DNA of 64,000 nucleotides from an uncultured Bacteroidales bacterium (GCA_964550455.1 CAZJZG010000016.1:4960-68959), one strand, 5' to 3'. Shown: positions 1 through 10,783, numbered from the stretch's first letter. The notes: generated by a model not told the origin, from the sequence alone. Numbers and translations are program-made.

Positions 1-359
1 ACGTATTCAGAAAGCTTTTTTATACCGGAAGGAAAACGCTCCGGGTCAGGAAAAAGAACATTACGTCTATCGCGTCCACCAACCCAGAAATCATCAATAA
101 TGATATACTCATAGCCGGCATCTTTCATTCCGTTAGCAACCATTGCATCCGCAATTTCCATTATGATAGTTTCACTCACCTGATATTCAAATGAATTCCA
201 GCTATTCCAGCCCATTGGTGGAGTAAGCGCCAGTGAATCCCACGAGTTTAATACAGGTTGGGCAGAAGTCCAAAATATAACTCCTGTAAAAAACAATGAA
301 AAAAAAGCTTTAAAAAATGATCTTCTGAGTTTTAAAATTTTTGCAGGATCTGATACCAT
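1..359 (-). CDS. alpha-galactosidase (GH27/melibiase family), N-terminal fragment; gene continues beyond window edge
   Basis: Manual minus-strand translation from ATG (359-357): MVSDPAKILKLRRSFFKAFFSLFFTGVIFWTSAQPVLNSWDSLALTPPMGWNSWNSFEYQVSETIIMEIADAMVANGMKDAGYEYIIIDDFWVGGRDRRNVLFPDPERFPSGIKKLSEY. It has a signal-like N-terminus followed by the GH27 blocks PPMGWNSWN and YxYxxIDDxW. It is absent from the ORF track because no stop codon lies inside the window. Confidence 0.75.
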   Translation of the reverse strand, partial: MVSDPAKILKLRRSFFKAFFSLFFTGVIFWTSAQPVLNSWDSLALTPPMGWNSWNSFEYQVSETIIMEIADAMVANGMKDAGYEYIIIDDFWVGGRDRRNVLFPDPERFPSGIKKLSEY

Positions 360-489
360 AATTATATTGGTTTTAATAGTGAATAATATTATCAGTGTTT
401 GTGGCAAAATTAAAGTTTTGTCTTACTCATTGATTTATGTATATCTAAAATTTGCAGAGGTATTATACAGGAAGCTACAGGATATAAAC

Positions 490-522
490 AAAAAAAGAGA
501 TATAGCTCAGTGCTATATCTCT
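490..522 (-). terminator. intrinsic terminator downstream of rplQ (end of the ribosomal protein array)
   Basis: Perfect 11-bp stem agagatatagc (496-506) / gctatatctct (512-522) with a 5-nt loop. On the minus strand it is followed by a 7-T run (plus-strand A run 490-496). It lies 27 nt after the rplQ stop. Confidence 0.8.
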
Positions 523-548
523 TAGTATCGCCATACAAAAAACCAAAC

Positions 549-1205
549 CTATTCTTTTATTTCTTCCGGGTCAGTAGTCGGTTCCTGAGGTTCTTCAGCC
601 TTTTCCGGTGTTTCACCTTCAGCAACTACGTCCTTAACTTCTTCAACAACTTCATCTGCTTTTACTTTTACTTCCTCCACTACATCTTTTACTTCCTCTA
701 CTACCTCTTTTGCTTCCTCTACAACCTCTTCAACTTTTGTTTGGGTTGCTGGTGCAGCAACAGCATCTTCAGCTTTTTTCTTTCCTGTTCCCCTTCTGCG
801 GCGTGTAGCTTTTGCTTTGGCAGCTTCTTTAGTGCCAAGCAGATTTTCATTATAATCAACCAGTTCGATCATACACATTTCAGCGCTATCGCCCAGACGC
901 GGACCTAATTTTAAAACTCTGGTATATCCTCCTGGTCTGTCAGCAACTTTCACTGAAACTTCTCTGAACAACTCAGCCACAGCTTCCTTATTTTGCAGAT
1001 AGCTAAAAACTGTTCTGCGTGAATGGGTTGAATCATCCTTTGATTTTGTAATCAGTGGTTCAACATAAACACGAAGAGCCTTACCTTTTGCAAGGGTTGT
1101 TGTTATACGTTTATGTATGATCAGCGACGATGCCATATTGGCGAACATGGCTTTACGGTGAGCGCTTTTTCGTCCCAGTTTACTTATTTTTTTACCGTGT
1201 CTCAT
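549..1205 (-). CDS. rplQ: 50S ribosomal protein L17 with long C-terminal basic/acidic repeat tail
   Basis: N-terminus [45 protein letters not shown] is the canonical bL17 start. The gene is last in the alpha operon, after rpoA. The tail is [36 protein letters not shown]. Confidence 0.95.
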   Translation of the reverse strand: MRHGKKISKLGRKSAHRKAMFANMASSLIIHKRITTTLAKGKALRVYVEPLITKSKDDSTHSRRTVFSYLQNKEAVAELFREVSVKVADRPGGYTRVLKLGPRLGDSAEMCMIELVDYNENLLGTKEAAKAKATRRRRGTGKKKAEDAVAAPATQTKVEEVVEEAKEVVEEVKDVVEEVKVKADEVVEEVKDVVAEGETPEKAEEPQEPTTDPEEIKE

Positions 1206-1210
1206 CTCTG

Positions 1211-2203
1211 TTATTCTTTATCTAATTTATATTTAGCTATATTCATTCCGAACTCAAGACCTTTTGATGCCAGTAATTCTTCAAGTTCAGCAAGTGATTT
1301 TTTTCCAAAATTTCTGAATTTCAATAAATCATTTTTATTGTAAACTACCAGATCACCGAGGGTTTCAATATCAGCAGCTTTAAGGCAGTTAAACGCTCTG
1401 ACTGACAATCCCAAATCAGATAGCCTTGACTGAAGTACCTGGCGTACATGCAATGTGTTTTCATCAAATTCATCTCTTTCATGTTTTTCTTCAGTGACAA
1501 TAGAAATCTTTTCGTCGCTCAGAAGCATGAAATGATAAATAAGGATCTGTGCTGCTTCTTTTATGGCATCTTTTGGAAAAATTGAACCATCAGTGATTAC
1601 TGTAAGAATAAGATTTTCGAAGTCTGTTTTTTGTTCTACCCTATAGTCTTCGACAATATATTTTACATTTTTTATCGGTGTGTGTATTGAGTCTATTGAA
1701 ATAGTTCCCAGATGGGCGTTAGGGTCTTTGTTTTCATCGGCAGTAACATAACCACGTCCCTTTCTGATAATAATCTCAAACACAAGCTTCACAGTGGGTT
1801 CCATACGACAAATAACCAGGTCAGTATTCAGTACCTGAAACACTGTTAAGTATTTGTTCATATCACCAGCTGTAAATGTATCCTGTCCGGTAATTGTAAA
1901 GTTTATTTTTTCTTTTTCTTCGCTTTCATTTATACGTTTAAAGCGTACTTGTTTAAGATTAAGCACAATCTCTGTTACATCTTCCATTACTCCTTTAATG
2001 GTAGAAAATTCCTGTTCAACGCCTTCAATGCGAACAGATACAATAGCATAACCTTCAAGTGATGAAAGTAATACTCTTCGCAGGGCGTTGCCTATAGTTA
2101 AACCAAAACCTGGTTCTAACGGACGAAATTCAAACGAGCCTTCATACTCGCTCAATTCATTCATGATAACCTTGTCAGGTTGCTGAAATGGTAATATAGC
2201 CAT
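1211..2203 (-). CDS. rpoA: DNA-directed RNA polymerase subunit alpha
   Basis: 330 aa. It has the N-terminal assembly-domain motif [20 protein letters not shown] and a C-terminal domain [21 protein letters not shown] (helix-hairpin-helix alpha-CTD). It sits between rpsD and rplQ. Confidence 0.97.
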   Translation of the reverse strand: MAILPFQQPDKVIMNELSEYEGSFEFRPLEPGFGLTIGNALRRVLLSSLEGYAIVSVRIEGVEQEFSTIKGVMEDVTEIVLNLKQVRFKRINESEEKEKINFTITGQDTFTAGDMNKYLTVFQVLNTDLVICRMEPTVKLVFEIIIRKGRGYVTADENKDPNAHLGTISIDSIHTPIKNVKYIVEDYRVEQKTDFENLILTVITDGSIFPKDAIKEAAQILIYHFMLLSDEKISIVTEEKHERDEFDENTLHVRQVLQSRLSDLGLSVRAFNCLKAADIETLGDLVVYNKNDLLKFRNFGKKSLAELEELLASKGLEFGMNIAKYKLDKE

Positions 2204-2248
2204 GATTACGCTGGATTGTGTTGATAAAGATAAAACAAAAACAAAACG

Positions 2249-2857
2249 CTATTTTGAATACAACTCAACAATAAGTTGTTCTTTAATATTTTCAGGAATT
2301 TCTTCACGTTCAGGGTAATTAACAAATTTTCCTGCCATCAGGCTGCTGTCCCATTCAAGCCATGAATACGGATTTCCACGTCCTGACAACGAATTCTGTA
2401 TTACTTCAAGTGATTTTGAACGCTCTCTGACAGCTACAATATCTCCCGGTCTCAATTGATACGAAGGTATGTTTACAACCTTGTTATTTACTGTGATATG
2501 TTTATGAGTAACCAGTTGACGTGCTGCATTGCGTGTGGGTGCAATACCAAAGCGAAAAACAGTGTTGTCGAGCCTTGCTTCAATCAACTGAAGTAATACT
2601 TCACCAAGTACGCCACCTTTTTTACCGGCAGCTTTTCTAAAAGTATTTTTAAACTGGCGTTCGAGGATGCCATAGGTATATTTAGCCTTTTGTTTTTCCA
2701 TTAACTGAAGGCCATATTCTGATGTTTTACCCCTGCGGCGGCTGTTTCCATGCATTCCTGGGGGATAATTCTTTTTTTCAAACGAGCGATCAGGACCATA
2801 AATAGGTTCTCTGAATCTGCGGGCTACTTTTGTTTTCGGACCAATATATCTTGCCAT
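2249..2857 (-). CDS. rpsD: 30S ribosomal protein S4
   Basis: [21 protein letters not shown]... and the S4 RNA-binding domain [45 protein letters not shown]. Position fits the alpha operon order. Confidence 0.97.
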   Translation of the reverse strand: MARYIGPKTKVARRFREPIYGPDRSFEKKNYPPGMHGNSRRRGKTSEYGLQLMEKQKAKYTYGILERQFKNTFRKAAGKKGGVLGEVLLQLIEARLDNTVFRFGIAPTRNAARQLVTHKHITVNNKVVNIPSYQLRPGDIVAVRERSKSLEVIQNSLSGRGNPYSWLEWDSSLMAGKFVNYPEREEIPENIKEQLIVELYSK

Positions 2858-2912
2858 GTTATGATTTGGTTTATACTATTCAACTTAAAAAAATAAGACT
2901 CTGGATAATTGA

Positions 2913-3302
2913 TTACACCCTCCTGCGTTTTGGGGGACGACATCCATTATGTGGCAATGGAGTTACGTCAATAATTTCAATTACCTCAATACCGGATGAA
3001 TGTATGGTACGTATTGCCGATTCACGTCCGGAGCCGGGTCCTTTTACATATACTTTTACTTTTCTCAATCCCAGGTCGTAAGCTGTTTTTGAACAATCGC
3101 TGGCTGCCATTTGTGCGGCATAAGGAGTATTCTTTTTCGATCCTCTGAATCCCATTTTTCCGGCTGATGACCAGGATATAACCTGACCGCTATCGTTGGT
3201 TAAAGTAACAATCACATTGTTAAATGAAGCACTTACAAATGCTTTTCCAACGGGATCAATTCTTACGACTCTTTTTTTCGACGATTTGGTACTTTTTGCC
3301 AT
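2913..3302 (-). CDS. rpsK: 30S ribosomal protein S11
   Basis: [22 protein letters not shown]...[14 protein letters not shown]...[18 protein letters not shown] is a canonical uS11 sequence. Confidence 0.97.
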   Translation of the reverse strand: MAKSTKSSKKRVVRIDPVGKAFVSASFNNVIVTLTNDSGQVISWSSAGKMGFRGSKKNTPYAAQMAASDCSKTAYDLGLRKVKVYVKGPGSGRESAIRTIHSSGIEVIEIIDVTPLPHNGCRPPKRRRV

Positions 3303-3356
3303 ATCAGTTATTTTTCTGTCTTCTTGATTTACTAATTATACGAGCAATAAAAACTA

Positions 3357-3737
3357 TTATCCTTTAGGAGCCTTCTTTTTATTAGCTACGGTTTTTTTCC
3401 TGCCTTTACGGGTTCGGGCATTATTTTTTGTGCTCTGACCACGGACAGGCAATCCGATACGATGACGAATACCACGATATGAGCCAATATCCATCAGACG
3501 CTTGATATTCATCTGCACTTCTGAACGTAAGGCTCCTTCCACTTTTATTTTTTCGCCAATAATGGTACGAATACGATTTTGTTCATCATCGTCCCAGTCC
3601 TGTACTTTCTTATTCCAATCCACTCCGGCTTCAGTGAGAATTTTCTGGGCACTACTACGCCCTATACCGTAAATATAGGTTAGCCCTATCTCACCTCTTT
3701 TGTTCTTTGGTAAATCAATACCTGCAATTCTAGCCAT
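3357..3737 (-). CDS. rpsM: 30S ribosomal protein S13
   Basis: [34 protein letters not shown]...[26 protein letters not shown] is a canonical uS13 sequence. Confidence 0.97.
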   Translation of the reverse strand: MARIAGIDLPKNKRGEIGLTYIYGIGRSSAQKILTEAGVDWNKKVQDWDDDEQNRIRTIIGEKIKVEGALRSEVQMNIKRLMDIGSYRGIRHRIGLPVRGQSTKNNARTRKGRKKTVANKKKAPKG

Positions 3738-3776
3738 AGAACTTTATTATTTAATATCAGTTAATTAATTAATTTC

Positions 3777-3893
3777 TTATCCCTGTCGCTGTTTGTACTT
3801 GGGTTCTTTTTTATTTATTATATAAACCTTACCTTTTCGGCGTACAATTTTACAGTTGGGTGTCCTTTTCTTAATACTGGCTCTGATTTTCAT
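3777..3893 (-). CDS. rpmJ: 50S ribosomal protein L36
   Basis: Not in the ORF track (38 codons). I translated the first 12 codons by hand from ATG (3893-3891): [12 protein letters not shown]. The frame is 117 nt (39 codons including the stop). The gene sits between infA and rpsM, as expected. Confidence 0.9.
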   Translation of the reverse strand: MKIRASIKKRTPNCKIVRRKGKVYIINKKEPKYKQRQG

Positions 3894-3933
3894 TCTGTTA
3901 ATCTTTTTTAATATTCACTCTGCAAGCTAGTCT

Positions 3934-4152
3934 TTATTTATAACGATAAATTATTCTGCCTTTTGTAAGGTCATAAACTGACATTTCAACTTTTACTTTA
4001 TCGCCAGGCAGAATTTTTATATAATGCATTCTCATTTTACCTGAAATATGAGTTGTAATAATGTGTCCATTTTCCAATTCAACACGAAACATAGCATTTC
4101 CCAGAGATTCCAGTACTACACCATCCTGTTCAATTGCTTGTTGTTTTGCCAT
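3934..4152 (-). CDS. infA: translation initiation factor IF-1
   Basis: 72 aa with an S1-like fold sequence: [62 protein letters not shown]. Confidence 0.97.
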   Translation of the reverse strand: MAKQQAIEQDGVVLESLGNAMFRVELENGHIITTHISGKMRMHYIKILPGDKVKVEMSVYDLTKGRIIYRYK

Positions 4153-4174
4153 ATTAACTCAGGTTCCTTTTTAT

Positions 4175-4948
4175 TTAATTATTGATTACTTTTTCGATTT
4201 CCTCAAAACTTGATAAGATATCAGCTTTATCTTTTCTTACTGCTATTGTATGTTCGTAATGTGCTGAAGGTTTACGATCAAGGGTGCGAATTGTCCAGCC
4301 ATCATCTTCCTGAACAATATGCCGTTTTCCCAGATTTATCATCGGTTCAATGGCAATCACCATCCCTTCTGAAAGCAATACTCCATGTCCTTTTTTTCCA
4401 TAGTTCGGTACATCAGGCGATTCGTGAAGATGCTTACCTACTCCATGTCCTATAAGTTCCCTTACTATTCCATAACCCATGGGGTTTACATGCTGTTGTA
4501 TTGCATTTCCAATATCTCCAATACGTTTACCTGCAACCGCCTGCTCAATTCCTTTATACAGTGCCTCTTTAGTAGCTTTCATAAGCGCAAGAACTTCAGG
4601 TTTTACGTTTCCCACAGCAAATGTATAAGCCGAATCGCCATAATACCCATTTTTCAGAACCCCGCAATCAATTGAAACAATATCTCCTTCCCTGAGCTCA
4701 TATTTATCAGGAATCCCATGAACAACGTTTTCGTTTACTGAAACACAAAGTGTTGCAGGGAATCCCCTATACCCTTTAAAACCCGGTTTTGCACCATGAT
4801 CGCGGATAAACTCCTCAGCAATCTGATCCAACTCCATTGTAGTTATCCCCGGTTTTATATGCCTGGCTACTTCGGCTATTGTTTTACCAACAAGCAAAGA
4901 ACTATGTTGAATAAGCTGTATCTCTTCTTCTGTTTTGAGATATATCAT
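4175..4948 (-). CDS. map: type I methionine aminopeptidase
   Basis: Metal-ligand blocks are present: VVHGIP, VSIDCGVLKNGYYGDSAYTF, GHGVGKHLHE, VIAIEPMI and HYEHT. It lies between secY and infA. Confidence 0.95.
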   Translation of the reverse strand: MIYLKTEEEIQLIQHSSLLVGKTIAEVARHIKPGITTMELDQIAEEFIRDHGAKPGFKGYRGFPATLCVSVNENVVHGIPDKYELREGDIVSIDCGVLKNGYYGDSAYTFAVGNVKPEVLALMKATKEALYKGIEQAVAGKRIGDIGNAIQQHVNPMGYGIVRELIGHGVGKHLHESPDVPNYGKKGHGVLLSEGMVIAIEPMINLGKRHIVQEDDGWTIRTLDRKPSAHYEHTIAVRKDKADILSSFEEIEKVINN

Positions 4949-4962
4949 TATTTATTTATTCA

Positions 4963-6324
4963 TTATCCACTTACACTAAACGATGATCTTCCCTTAATAC
5001 GACCCGATTTGGTCAATCCATCATAGTGTCGCATAAGCAGATGACTTTCAATCTGCTGCAATGTGTCGAGCACAACACCAACTAAGATCAGCAATGAAGT
5101 ACCACCGTAAAACTGAGCAAATTGTCTGCTTACGCCCATTAATCCAACAAGGGAAGGCATAATCGCTACAAAAGCCAGAAATATTGATCCCGGCAAAGTA
5201 ATTCTTGACATTATGGTATCCAGAAACTCTGCTGTTTTCTTACCTGGTTTAACGCCAGGAATAAAGCCGCCATTCTTTTTCATATCTTCTGCCATCTGGT
5301 TTGGATTAATGGTAATAGCAGTATAAAAATATGTAAAAGCTATGATCATAAGGGCAAACACAAAGTTATACCAGAATCCGTTCATATTTGAAAATGCTGC
5401 AAGGAATCCGCTGAGTGATTCTGACTGAGCAAATCCTCCAATTGTAATAGGCAGAAACATAAGTGCCTGAGCAAAAATTATAGGCATTACACCGGCAGCA
5501 TTAACTTTAAGAGGAATATACTGGCGAACTCCACCATACTGTTTATTTCCAACAATACGCTTTGCGTACTGAACCGGAACTCTGCGCGTACCCTGAACAA
5601 GCATGATACATAACAGAATTACTATTATAAGAATCACAATTTCTATTAGGAACATTACCAGCCCGCCTCCCTGCTGCTCCATACGTGAGAAAAACTCAGA
5701 CGCAAGTGCAAAAGGCAAACGAGCAATAATTCCAATCATGATTATCAACGATATACCATTTCCAAGTCCTTTATCCGTGATTTTTTCACCAAGCCACATT
5801 ATGAAAAGGGTTCCTGAAATAAGGATTACTATTGTTGAAACCCAGAAAAATGTAGAAGGAGTGGTAATAGCAGGATTAAAAGGGGTTATGGCTTCAGGAG
5901 GCAACTGAGAAATCATATTACCAATGTATGCTGGACCCTGAAATCCTGTAATTATTACTGTAAGATATCGTGTTATCTGATTTATTTTACGACGTCCGCT
6001 TTCACCTTCTTTTTGAAGTTTCTGGAAATACGGAACTGCCATTCCCAGAAGCTGGATTACAATGGATGCGGAAATATAAGGCATGATACCCAGTGCAAAA
6101 ATTGATGCTTTTGAAAAAGCACCACCTGAGAACATGTCAAGTAATCCAAGTAACCCACTTTCGGTTTGGTGTTTGAGATTTGCCAGTTGGTTCGGATCAA
6201 CACCGGGCAACACCACATAACTACCTAATCTGTAGATCAATATTATCCCGAGAGTGTAGAGAATTCGCTGACGAAGTTCTTCTATCTTATAAATGTTGCG
6301 TATTGTTTCAATAAACCTTTTCAT
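4963..6324 (-). CDS. secY: preprotein translocase subunit SecY
   Basis: 453-aa polytopic protein containing FSGGAFSKASIFALGIMPYISASIVIQLL and GTSLLILVGVVLDTLQQIESHL. It follows rplO. Confidence 0.97.
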   Translation of the reverse strand: MKRFIETIRNIYKIEELRQRILYTLGIILIYRLGSYVVLPGVDPNQLANLKHQTESGLLGLLDMFSGGAFSKASIFALGIMPYISASIVIQLLGMAVPYFQKLQKEGESGRRKINQITRYLTVIITGFQGPAYIGNMISQLPPEAITPFNPAITTPSTFFWVSTIVILISGTLFIMWLGEKITDKGLGNGISLIIMIGIIARLPFALASEFFSRMEQQGGGLVMFLIEIVILIIVILLCIMLVQGTRRVPVQYAKRIVGNKQYGGVRQYIPLKVNAAGVMPIIFAQALMFLPITIGGFAQSESLSGFLAAFSNMNGFWYNFVFALMIIAFTYFYTAITINPNQMAEDMKKNGGFIPGVKPGKKTAEFLDTIMSRITLPGSIFLAFVAIMPSLVGLMGVSRQFAQFYGGTSLLILVGVVLDTLQQIESHLLMRHYDGLTKSGRIKGRSSFSVSG

Positions 6325-6330
6325 CCAGAT

Positions 6331-6780
6331 TTAGATTTTGGTGGCTGTACCACCCAGTGATTCAATAGCTTTTATTGCAGAGGCTGAAAAACCATGTGCT
6401 GTAACAGTGAGTTTGGTTTTGAGTTCGCCGCGTCCAAGTATTTTATAAAGATCTGATTTCCCCACAATACCATTTTCTATCAATATTTCGGGAGTTATCT
6501 CTTCAAAATTGTTCTTTTCGGCTAATTTCTGCAAAGTATCAAGATTGATGCCTCTGTACTCAACTCTGTTATGGTTTTTAAAGCCAAATTTAGGCAAGCG
6601 CCTGTAAATAGGCATCTGCCCTCCTTCGTGGCCAAATCTTTTGCTGTAACCGCTGCGCGACTGCTGACCTTTATGTCCGCGACCAGCTGTATCGCCGCTG
6701 CCACTACCTTCGCCACGACCTATTCTTTTTCTTTTTTTTACCGAACCTTTTGCTGGTTTGAGATTGCTTAAATCTATCAT
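6331..6780 (-). CDS. rplO: 50S ribosomal protein L15
   Basis: LSNLKPAKGSVKKRKRIGRGEGSGSGDTAGRGHKGQQSRSG...MPIYRRLPKFGF is a canonical uL15 sequence. Confidence 0.96.
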   Translation of the reverse strand: MIDLSNLKPAKGSVKKRKRIGRGEGSGSGDTAGRGHKGQQSRSGYSKRFGHEGGQMPIYRRLPKFGFKNHNRVEYRGINLDTLQKLAEKNNFEEITPEILIENGIVGKSDLYKILGRGELKTKLTVTAHGFSASAIKAIESLGGTATKI

Positions 6781-6811
6781 TATTCAGTTTTTTCGTTGTT
6801 TCTTGATAGCG

Positions 6812-6991
6812 TTATATTTCTTCCACTTTTAACAAATGGCTTACTTTATTGACCATACCCACTATCTGTGGAGTTGCTTCCACTTCAATGGTTTGATGCA
6901 TACGGCGAATACCCAGTGCTTCCAGAGTACGTTTCTGACGCTGAGGGTAACCTATACCGCTTTTTATCTGTGTTATTTTCAATTTTTTCAT
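6812..6991 (-). CDS. rpmD: 50S ribosomal protein L30
   Basis: MKKLKITQIKSGIGYPQRQKRTLEALGIRRMHQTIEVEATPQIVGMVNKVSHLLKVEEI is 59 aa, the typical uL30 length. The longest ORF starts 11 codons upstream at 7024 ([11 protein letters not shown]) and would overlap the rpsE stop by 8 nt. The start is ambiguous. Confidence 0.85.
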   Translation of the reverse strand: MKKLKITQIKSGIGYPQRQKRTLEALGIRRMHQTIEVEATPQIVGMVNKVSHLLKVEEI

Positions 6992-7016
6992 TTTCTGAAA
7001 TGTTTTACTTTTTTCA

Positions 7017-7535
7017 TCAGCCATTAAAAACCCTGCTCATGCTTATTCCTCGTTGTTTGGCAACAGTGTAGGGATCTCTCATTTCAAGAAGCGCATTGAT
7101 GGTGGCTTTTACAACCGAGTGGGGGTTTGGTGAACCTTTTGACTTAGCCAAAACATCAGTTACACCCACACTTTCAAGTACTGCACGCATTGCTCCACCT
7201 GCAATAACCCCTGTACCAGGTGCAGCAGGTTTCAAAAATACTCTGGCACCAGAATATTTTCCAATCTGCTCGTGAGGTACGGTATTTCTTATTACAGGAA
7301 CCCTGATAAGGTTCTTTTTAGCATCGTCAATTCCTTTTGATATAGCAGCAGTTACTTCTTTAGCTTTACCAAGGCCGTAGCCTACTACTCCGTTTTCGTC
7401 ACCTACTACTACTATGGCCGAAAAACTAAACGTTCTTCCTCCTTTGGTAACTTTGGTAACTCTTCGTATTGCAACCAGGCGATCCTTTAATTCAATTTCG
7501 CTGGATTTTACTCTTTGTATATTCAAGTTGGTCAT
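7017..7535 (-). CDS. rpsE: 30S ribosomal protein S5
   Basis: [37 protein letters not shown]...[15 protein letters not shown] is a canonical uS5 sequence. Confidence 0.97.
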   Translation of the reverse strand: MTNLNIQRVKSSEIELKDRLVAIRRVTKVTKGGRTFSFSAIVVVGDENGVVGYGLGKAKEVTAAISKGIDDAKKNLIRVPVIRNTVPHEQIGKYSGARVFLKPAAPGTGVIAGGAMRAVLESVGVTDVLAKSKGSPNPHSVVKATINALLEMRDPYTVAKQRGISMSRVFNG

Positions 7536-7541
7536 AATTTT

Positions 7542-7904
7542 TTAAAATTTAAGGCCTGCTTGTCTGGCAGCTTCAGCCAGCGATTTGACCCGTCCATGAT
7601 ATAAATAACCATTTCTGTCGAACACTACATTATTAATACCGGCTTCAATAGCTTTTTCTGCAACAAGCTTTCCTACCATTCCGGCCTGTTCTGACTTTGT
7701 AACTTTCTTATCAGACTCAGCAATAGCCTTTGAAGATGCTGCCACAAGTGTATTGCCTACGGTATCATCAATAATCTGAGCATAAATTTCTTTGTTACTG
7801 CGAAAAACAGTAAGCCGTGGTTGTTCAGGCGTACCTTTTACAACCTTACGAATTCTCATTTTAATTCGCTTTCTTCTGAACTCTTTGAAATTTTTTGTAG
7901 CCAT
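7542..7904 (-). CDS. rplR: 50S ribosomal protein L18
   Basis: [19 protein letters not shown]...[28 protein letters not shown] is a canonical uL18 sequence. Confidence 0.96.
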   Translation of the reverse strand: MATKNFKEFRRKRIKMRIRKVVKGTPEQPRLTVFRSNKEIYAQIIDDTVGNTLVAASSKAIAESDKKVTKSEQAGMVGKLVAEKAIEAGINNVVFDRNGYLYHGRVKSLAEAARQAGLKF

Positions 7905-7955
7905 TTCTAATTCTTCATTTATTGATCGGATTTTACCACGATTCCGTTAACTTAT

Positions 7956-8510
7956 TTATTTGGCTGCTGTTTTCCCAGCTTTTTTACGTATTTCTTCACC
8001 GGCAAAGAGTATTCCCTTACCCTTATAGGGTTCAGGCTTTCTTAATGAACGGATTTTAGCCGCAACCTGACCTATCAACTGCTTGTCAGCACATTCCATA
8101 ATAATGGTGGGATTCTTACCTCTTTCAGTAATAGTCTGAACCTTAATTTCTTCAGGCAATTCAAGTAAAATATTATGTGAATAACCCAATGAAAATTCCA
8201 GTAAATTACCGGTATTTGATACTTTAAAGCCCACACCCACAAGTTCCTGAGTAACCTTAAATCCTTCTGAAACACCTTTTACCATATTGGCAATAAGTGC
8301 ACGATAAAGTCCGTGCAACGATTTATGCCTTTTTTGTTCTGTGTGTCTTTTCACAACAATATTTCCGTCTTCAACCGCAACAGTTATTGCGGGATCAATA
8401 GCTTGTTTCAGGGTTCCGAGTTTACCTTTTACTGTAACAATATTACTACTCGAAACATCAATTTCTACACCTGCTGGTATTGCGATAGGCAATTTTCCAA
8501 TTCTTGACAT
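7956..8510 (-). CDS. rplF: 50S ribosomal protein L6
   Basis: MSRIGKLPIAIPAGVEIDVSS... is the canonical uL6 start (ATG at 8510-8508). The 11-codon upstream extension in the ORF track (start 8543) would overlap the rpsH stop and looks spurious. Confidence 0.93.
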   Translation of the reverse strand: MSRIGKLPIAIPAGVEIDVSSSNIVTVKGKLGTLKQAIDPAITVAVEDGNIVVKRHTEQKRHKSLHGLYRALIANMVKGVSEGFKVTQELVGVGFKVSNTGNLLEFSLGYSHNILLELPEEIKVQTITERGKNPTIIMECADKQLIGQVAAKIRSLRKPEPYKGKGILFAGEEIRKKAGKTAAK

Positions 8511-8527
8511 ATTCAGGTCTCCTTCCA

Positions 8528-8926
8528 TTAACTTACATAACACAATACTTCGCCACCAATCTTTTTCACTCTGGCTTCCTTATCAGACATAACACCCTGA
8601 GATGTTGTGAGAATAGCTATGCCCATTCCGTTCAAAACCCTTGGAAGGTTATGTGAATCAGAATATACACGCAAACCAGGAGTGCTTATTCTTTCTAATT
8701 TTTTGATAGCGGGTATTTTTGTAACCGGATCATATTTCAAAGCAATTTTTATAATGCCCTGACGATCGTCGTCTTCAAATTTATAATTTAAAACATACCC
8801 TTTTTCATAAAGGATTTTAGTCATCTCCTTTTTAATATTCGATGCAGGAACTTCAACAATCCTGTGATTGGCCATTATGGCGTTCCTTATTCGGGTTAAA
8901 TAATCTGCAATAGGATCGGTAATCAT
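8528..8926 (-). CDS. rpsH: 30S ribosomal protein S8
   Basis: MITDPIADYLTRIRNAIMANHRIVEVPASNIKKEMTKILYEKGYV...GGEVLCYV is a canonical uS8 sequence. Confidence 0.97.
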   Translation of the reverse strand: MITDPIADYLTRIRNAIMANHRIVEVPASNIKKEMTKILYEKGYVLNYKFEDDDRQGIIKIALKYDPVTKIPAIKKLERISTPGLRVYSDSHNLPRVLNGMGIAILTTSQGVMSDKEARVKKIGGEVLCYVS

Positions 8927-8959
8927 GAGATTTTAATTATTTTTTATTTTTATTATATT

Positions 8960-9229
8960 CTACCAACTAGCCTTTCTTACTCCCGGAATTAATCCATTAA
9001 GTGCCATTTCTCTGAAATTAATACGGGAAATCCCAAACTGGCGCATATAACCTTTAGGTCTGCCGGTAATTTTACAACGATTGTGTAAACGAACTGGTGA
9101 TGCATTACGGGGTAGTTTTTGCAAACCAATATAATCGCCCGAAGCTTTCAGTGCAGCACGCTTTTCGGCGTACTTTTCAACCATTCGACGCCTTTTTAAT
9201 TCTCTAGCTTTTATTGATTCTTTTGCCAT
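8960..9229 (-). CDS. rpsN: 30S ribosomal protein S14 (long form)
   Basis: [28 protein letters not shown]...[42 protein letters not shown]. Confidence 0.96.
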   Translation of the reverse strand: MAKESIKARELKRRRMVEKYAEKRAALKASGDYIGLQKLPRNASPVRLHNRCKITGRPKGYMRQFGISRINFREMALNGLIPGVRKASW

Positions 9230-9232
9230 ATT

Positions 9233-9787
9233 CTATTTTTGATTTTTAAAGGGTAAGCCAAATTCTTTTAATAAAGCCAGACATTCACTATCTGTTTTGG
9301 CAGTAGTTACGAAAGTAATATCCATACCATTGATTTTATTTATCTTATCAATATTGATTTCAGGAAAAATAATCTGTTCAGGAACACCAAAAGTGTAATT
9401 ACCTCTACCATCAAATCCCTTATCGTTAATTCCACGAAAGTCGCGGATACGAGGGATCGAAACAGAAATAAGCCTGTCAAGAAATTCATACATTCTTTCT
9501 CTTCGCAGTGTAACACGTACACCAATAGGATTATTGCGCCTAAGTTTGAAGTTTGAAATGTCTTTCTTTGACTTGGTAGGAACAGCTTTTTGCCCGGCTA
9601 TCATTGTCATTTCACTAACTCCAAAATCAATAAGTTTTTTATCAGCAACAGCTGCTCCAAGTCCCTGGTTCAAACAAATTTTCACCAATCGTGGAACTTC
9701 CATCGAGCTTTTATAATTGAATTGTTCCTGCATGACAGGAATAATTTCATCATGATATTTCTTTTTTAATCGTGCGGTATAGTTCAT
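9233..9787 (-). CDS. rplE: 50S ribosomal protein L5
   Basis: [13 protein letters not shown]...[43 protein letters not shown] is a canonical uL5 sequence. Confidence 0.97.
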   Translation of the reverse strand: MNYTARLKKKYHDEIIPVMQEQFNYKSSMEVPRLVKICLNQGLGAAVADKKLIDFGVSEMTMIAGQKAVPTKSKKDISNFKLRRNNPIGVRVTLRRERMYEFLDRLISVSIPRIRDFRGINDKGFDGRGNYTFGVPEQIIFPEINIDKINKINGMDITFVTTAKTDSECLALLKEFGLPFKNQK

Positions 9788-10113
9788 TACTTAATCACCT
9801 CCCCGGATTTTTTTGAAATTCTGACTGATTTACCTGTTTTTTCATCTTTTTTACGGGTAATACGTGTAGCTTTCCCCGAACCATCAATTACCATCAGGTT
9901 TGAAATGTTAATAAATGATTCTTTTTTAATAATACCACCTTTAGGATTATTGGCATCGGGTCGTGTATGTTTTGATACCAGGGAAATTCCTTCTACTATT
10001 GCCTTATATTTGGCATTATCTACGTTAAGAACCTTGCCCTGGCTCCCTTTATCGTCGCCCGCAATAACCATTACGGTATCACCTTTTTTAATATGAAGCT
10101 TTTTCTTTGTCAT
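9787..10113 (-). CDS. rplX: 50S ribosomal protein L24
   Basis: [25 protein letters not shown] is the KOW motif. It lies between rplN and rplE, and its stop shares 1 nt (9787) with the rplE start. Confidence 0.95.
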   Translation of the reverse strand: MTKKKLHIKKGDTVMVIAGDDKGSQGKVLNVDNAKYKAIVEGISLVSKHTRPDANNPKGGIIKKESFINISNLMVIDGSGKATRITRKKDEKTGKSVRISKKSGEVIK

Positions 10114-10129
10114 AATCTGCTCAAAAAAA

Positions 10130-10498
10130 TTACAGCACTTCTGGTGCTAATGATATAATTTTCATGTATTGTTTTTCACGAAGTTCACGTGCTACAGGTC
10201 CAAAAATACGTGTACCGGTCATTTCGCCCACATTATTAAGGATAACCACTGCATTATCGTCAAAACGTATATATGAACCGTCGCTACGGCGGATTTCCTT
10301 TTTAGTACGAACCACAACAGCTTTGGCTACAGTTCCTTTTTTAATATTGCCCGATGGTAAAGCATGTTTAACGGTAACAATAATTTTATCACCAATTGAT
10401 GCATAACGTCTTCCTGTGCCGCCTAATACCTTAATGCACAATACTTCTTTTGCGCCGCTGTTATCAGCAACATTCAATCTTGTTTCCTGCTGTATCAT
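10130..10498 (-). CDS. rplN: 50S ribosomal protein L14
   Basis: [27 protein letters not shown]...[12 protein letters not shown]...[13 protein letters not shown] is a canonical uL14 sequence. Confidence 0.98.
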   Translation of the reverse strand: MIQQETRLNVADNSGAKEVLCIKVLGGTGRRYASIGDKIIVTVKHALPSGNIKKGTVAKAVVVRTKKEIRRSDGSYIRFDDNAVVILNNVGEMTGTRIFGPVARELREKQYMKIISLAPEVL

Positions 10499-10500
10499 AA

Positions 10501-10758
10501 TTATTTAGCTCTTTCAATAATTTCAACTAATCTCCAGCATTTATCCTTACTCAGAGGGCGGGTTTCCATAATACGAACTGTATCGCCAATCTGGCATTCG
10601 TTATTTTCGTCATGAGTTTTAAAACGCGAGGACTTTTTAACATATTTACCATATTTAGGATGATTAAGCCTGCGCTCAACGAGCACCACAATGGTCTTTT
10701 CCATTTTATTACTGACCACCAGACCTATCTTTTCTTTTCTTAATTTCCTTTTTTCCAT
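10501..10758 (-). CDS. rpsQ: 30S ribosomal protein S17
   Basis: [72 protein letters not shown]. Confidence 0.96.
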   Translation of the reverse strand: MEKRKLRKEKIGLVVSNKMEKTIVVLVERRLNHPKYGKYVKKSSRFKTHDENNECQIGDTVRIMETRPLSKDKCWRLVEIIERAK

Positions 10759-10783
10759 TGTTTAATAATTAAACATTTATGAT

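Noticed and set aside
510-908. 132-aa plus-strand ORF (F/Y/L/S-rich)
   Set aside because: It lies entirely antisense to rplQ. Its low-complexity composition is simply the complement of the acidic repeat tail of L17, and the ribosomal gene on the other strand is unambiguous.
6522-6716. 64-aa same-strand alternative-frame ORF inside rplO (similar nested ORFs occur at 8075-8275, 9340-9525, 16229-16480, 52743-52982, 61379-61633 and 62303-62596)
   Set aside because: All are nested in strongly supported genes in a different frame and have biased composition. There is no evidence of programmed frameshifting or overlapping coding.
7956-8543. Longer rplF ORF starting at 8543 (MLCKLMEGDLN...)
   Set aside because: The canonical uL6 N-terminus MSRIGKLPI begins at the internal ATG at 8510, and the extension would overlap the rpsH coding end.
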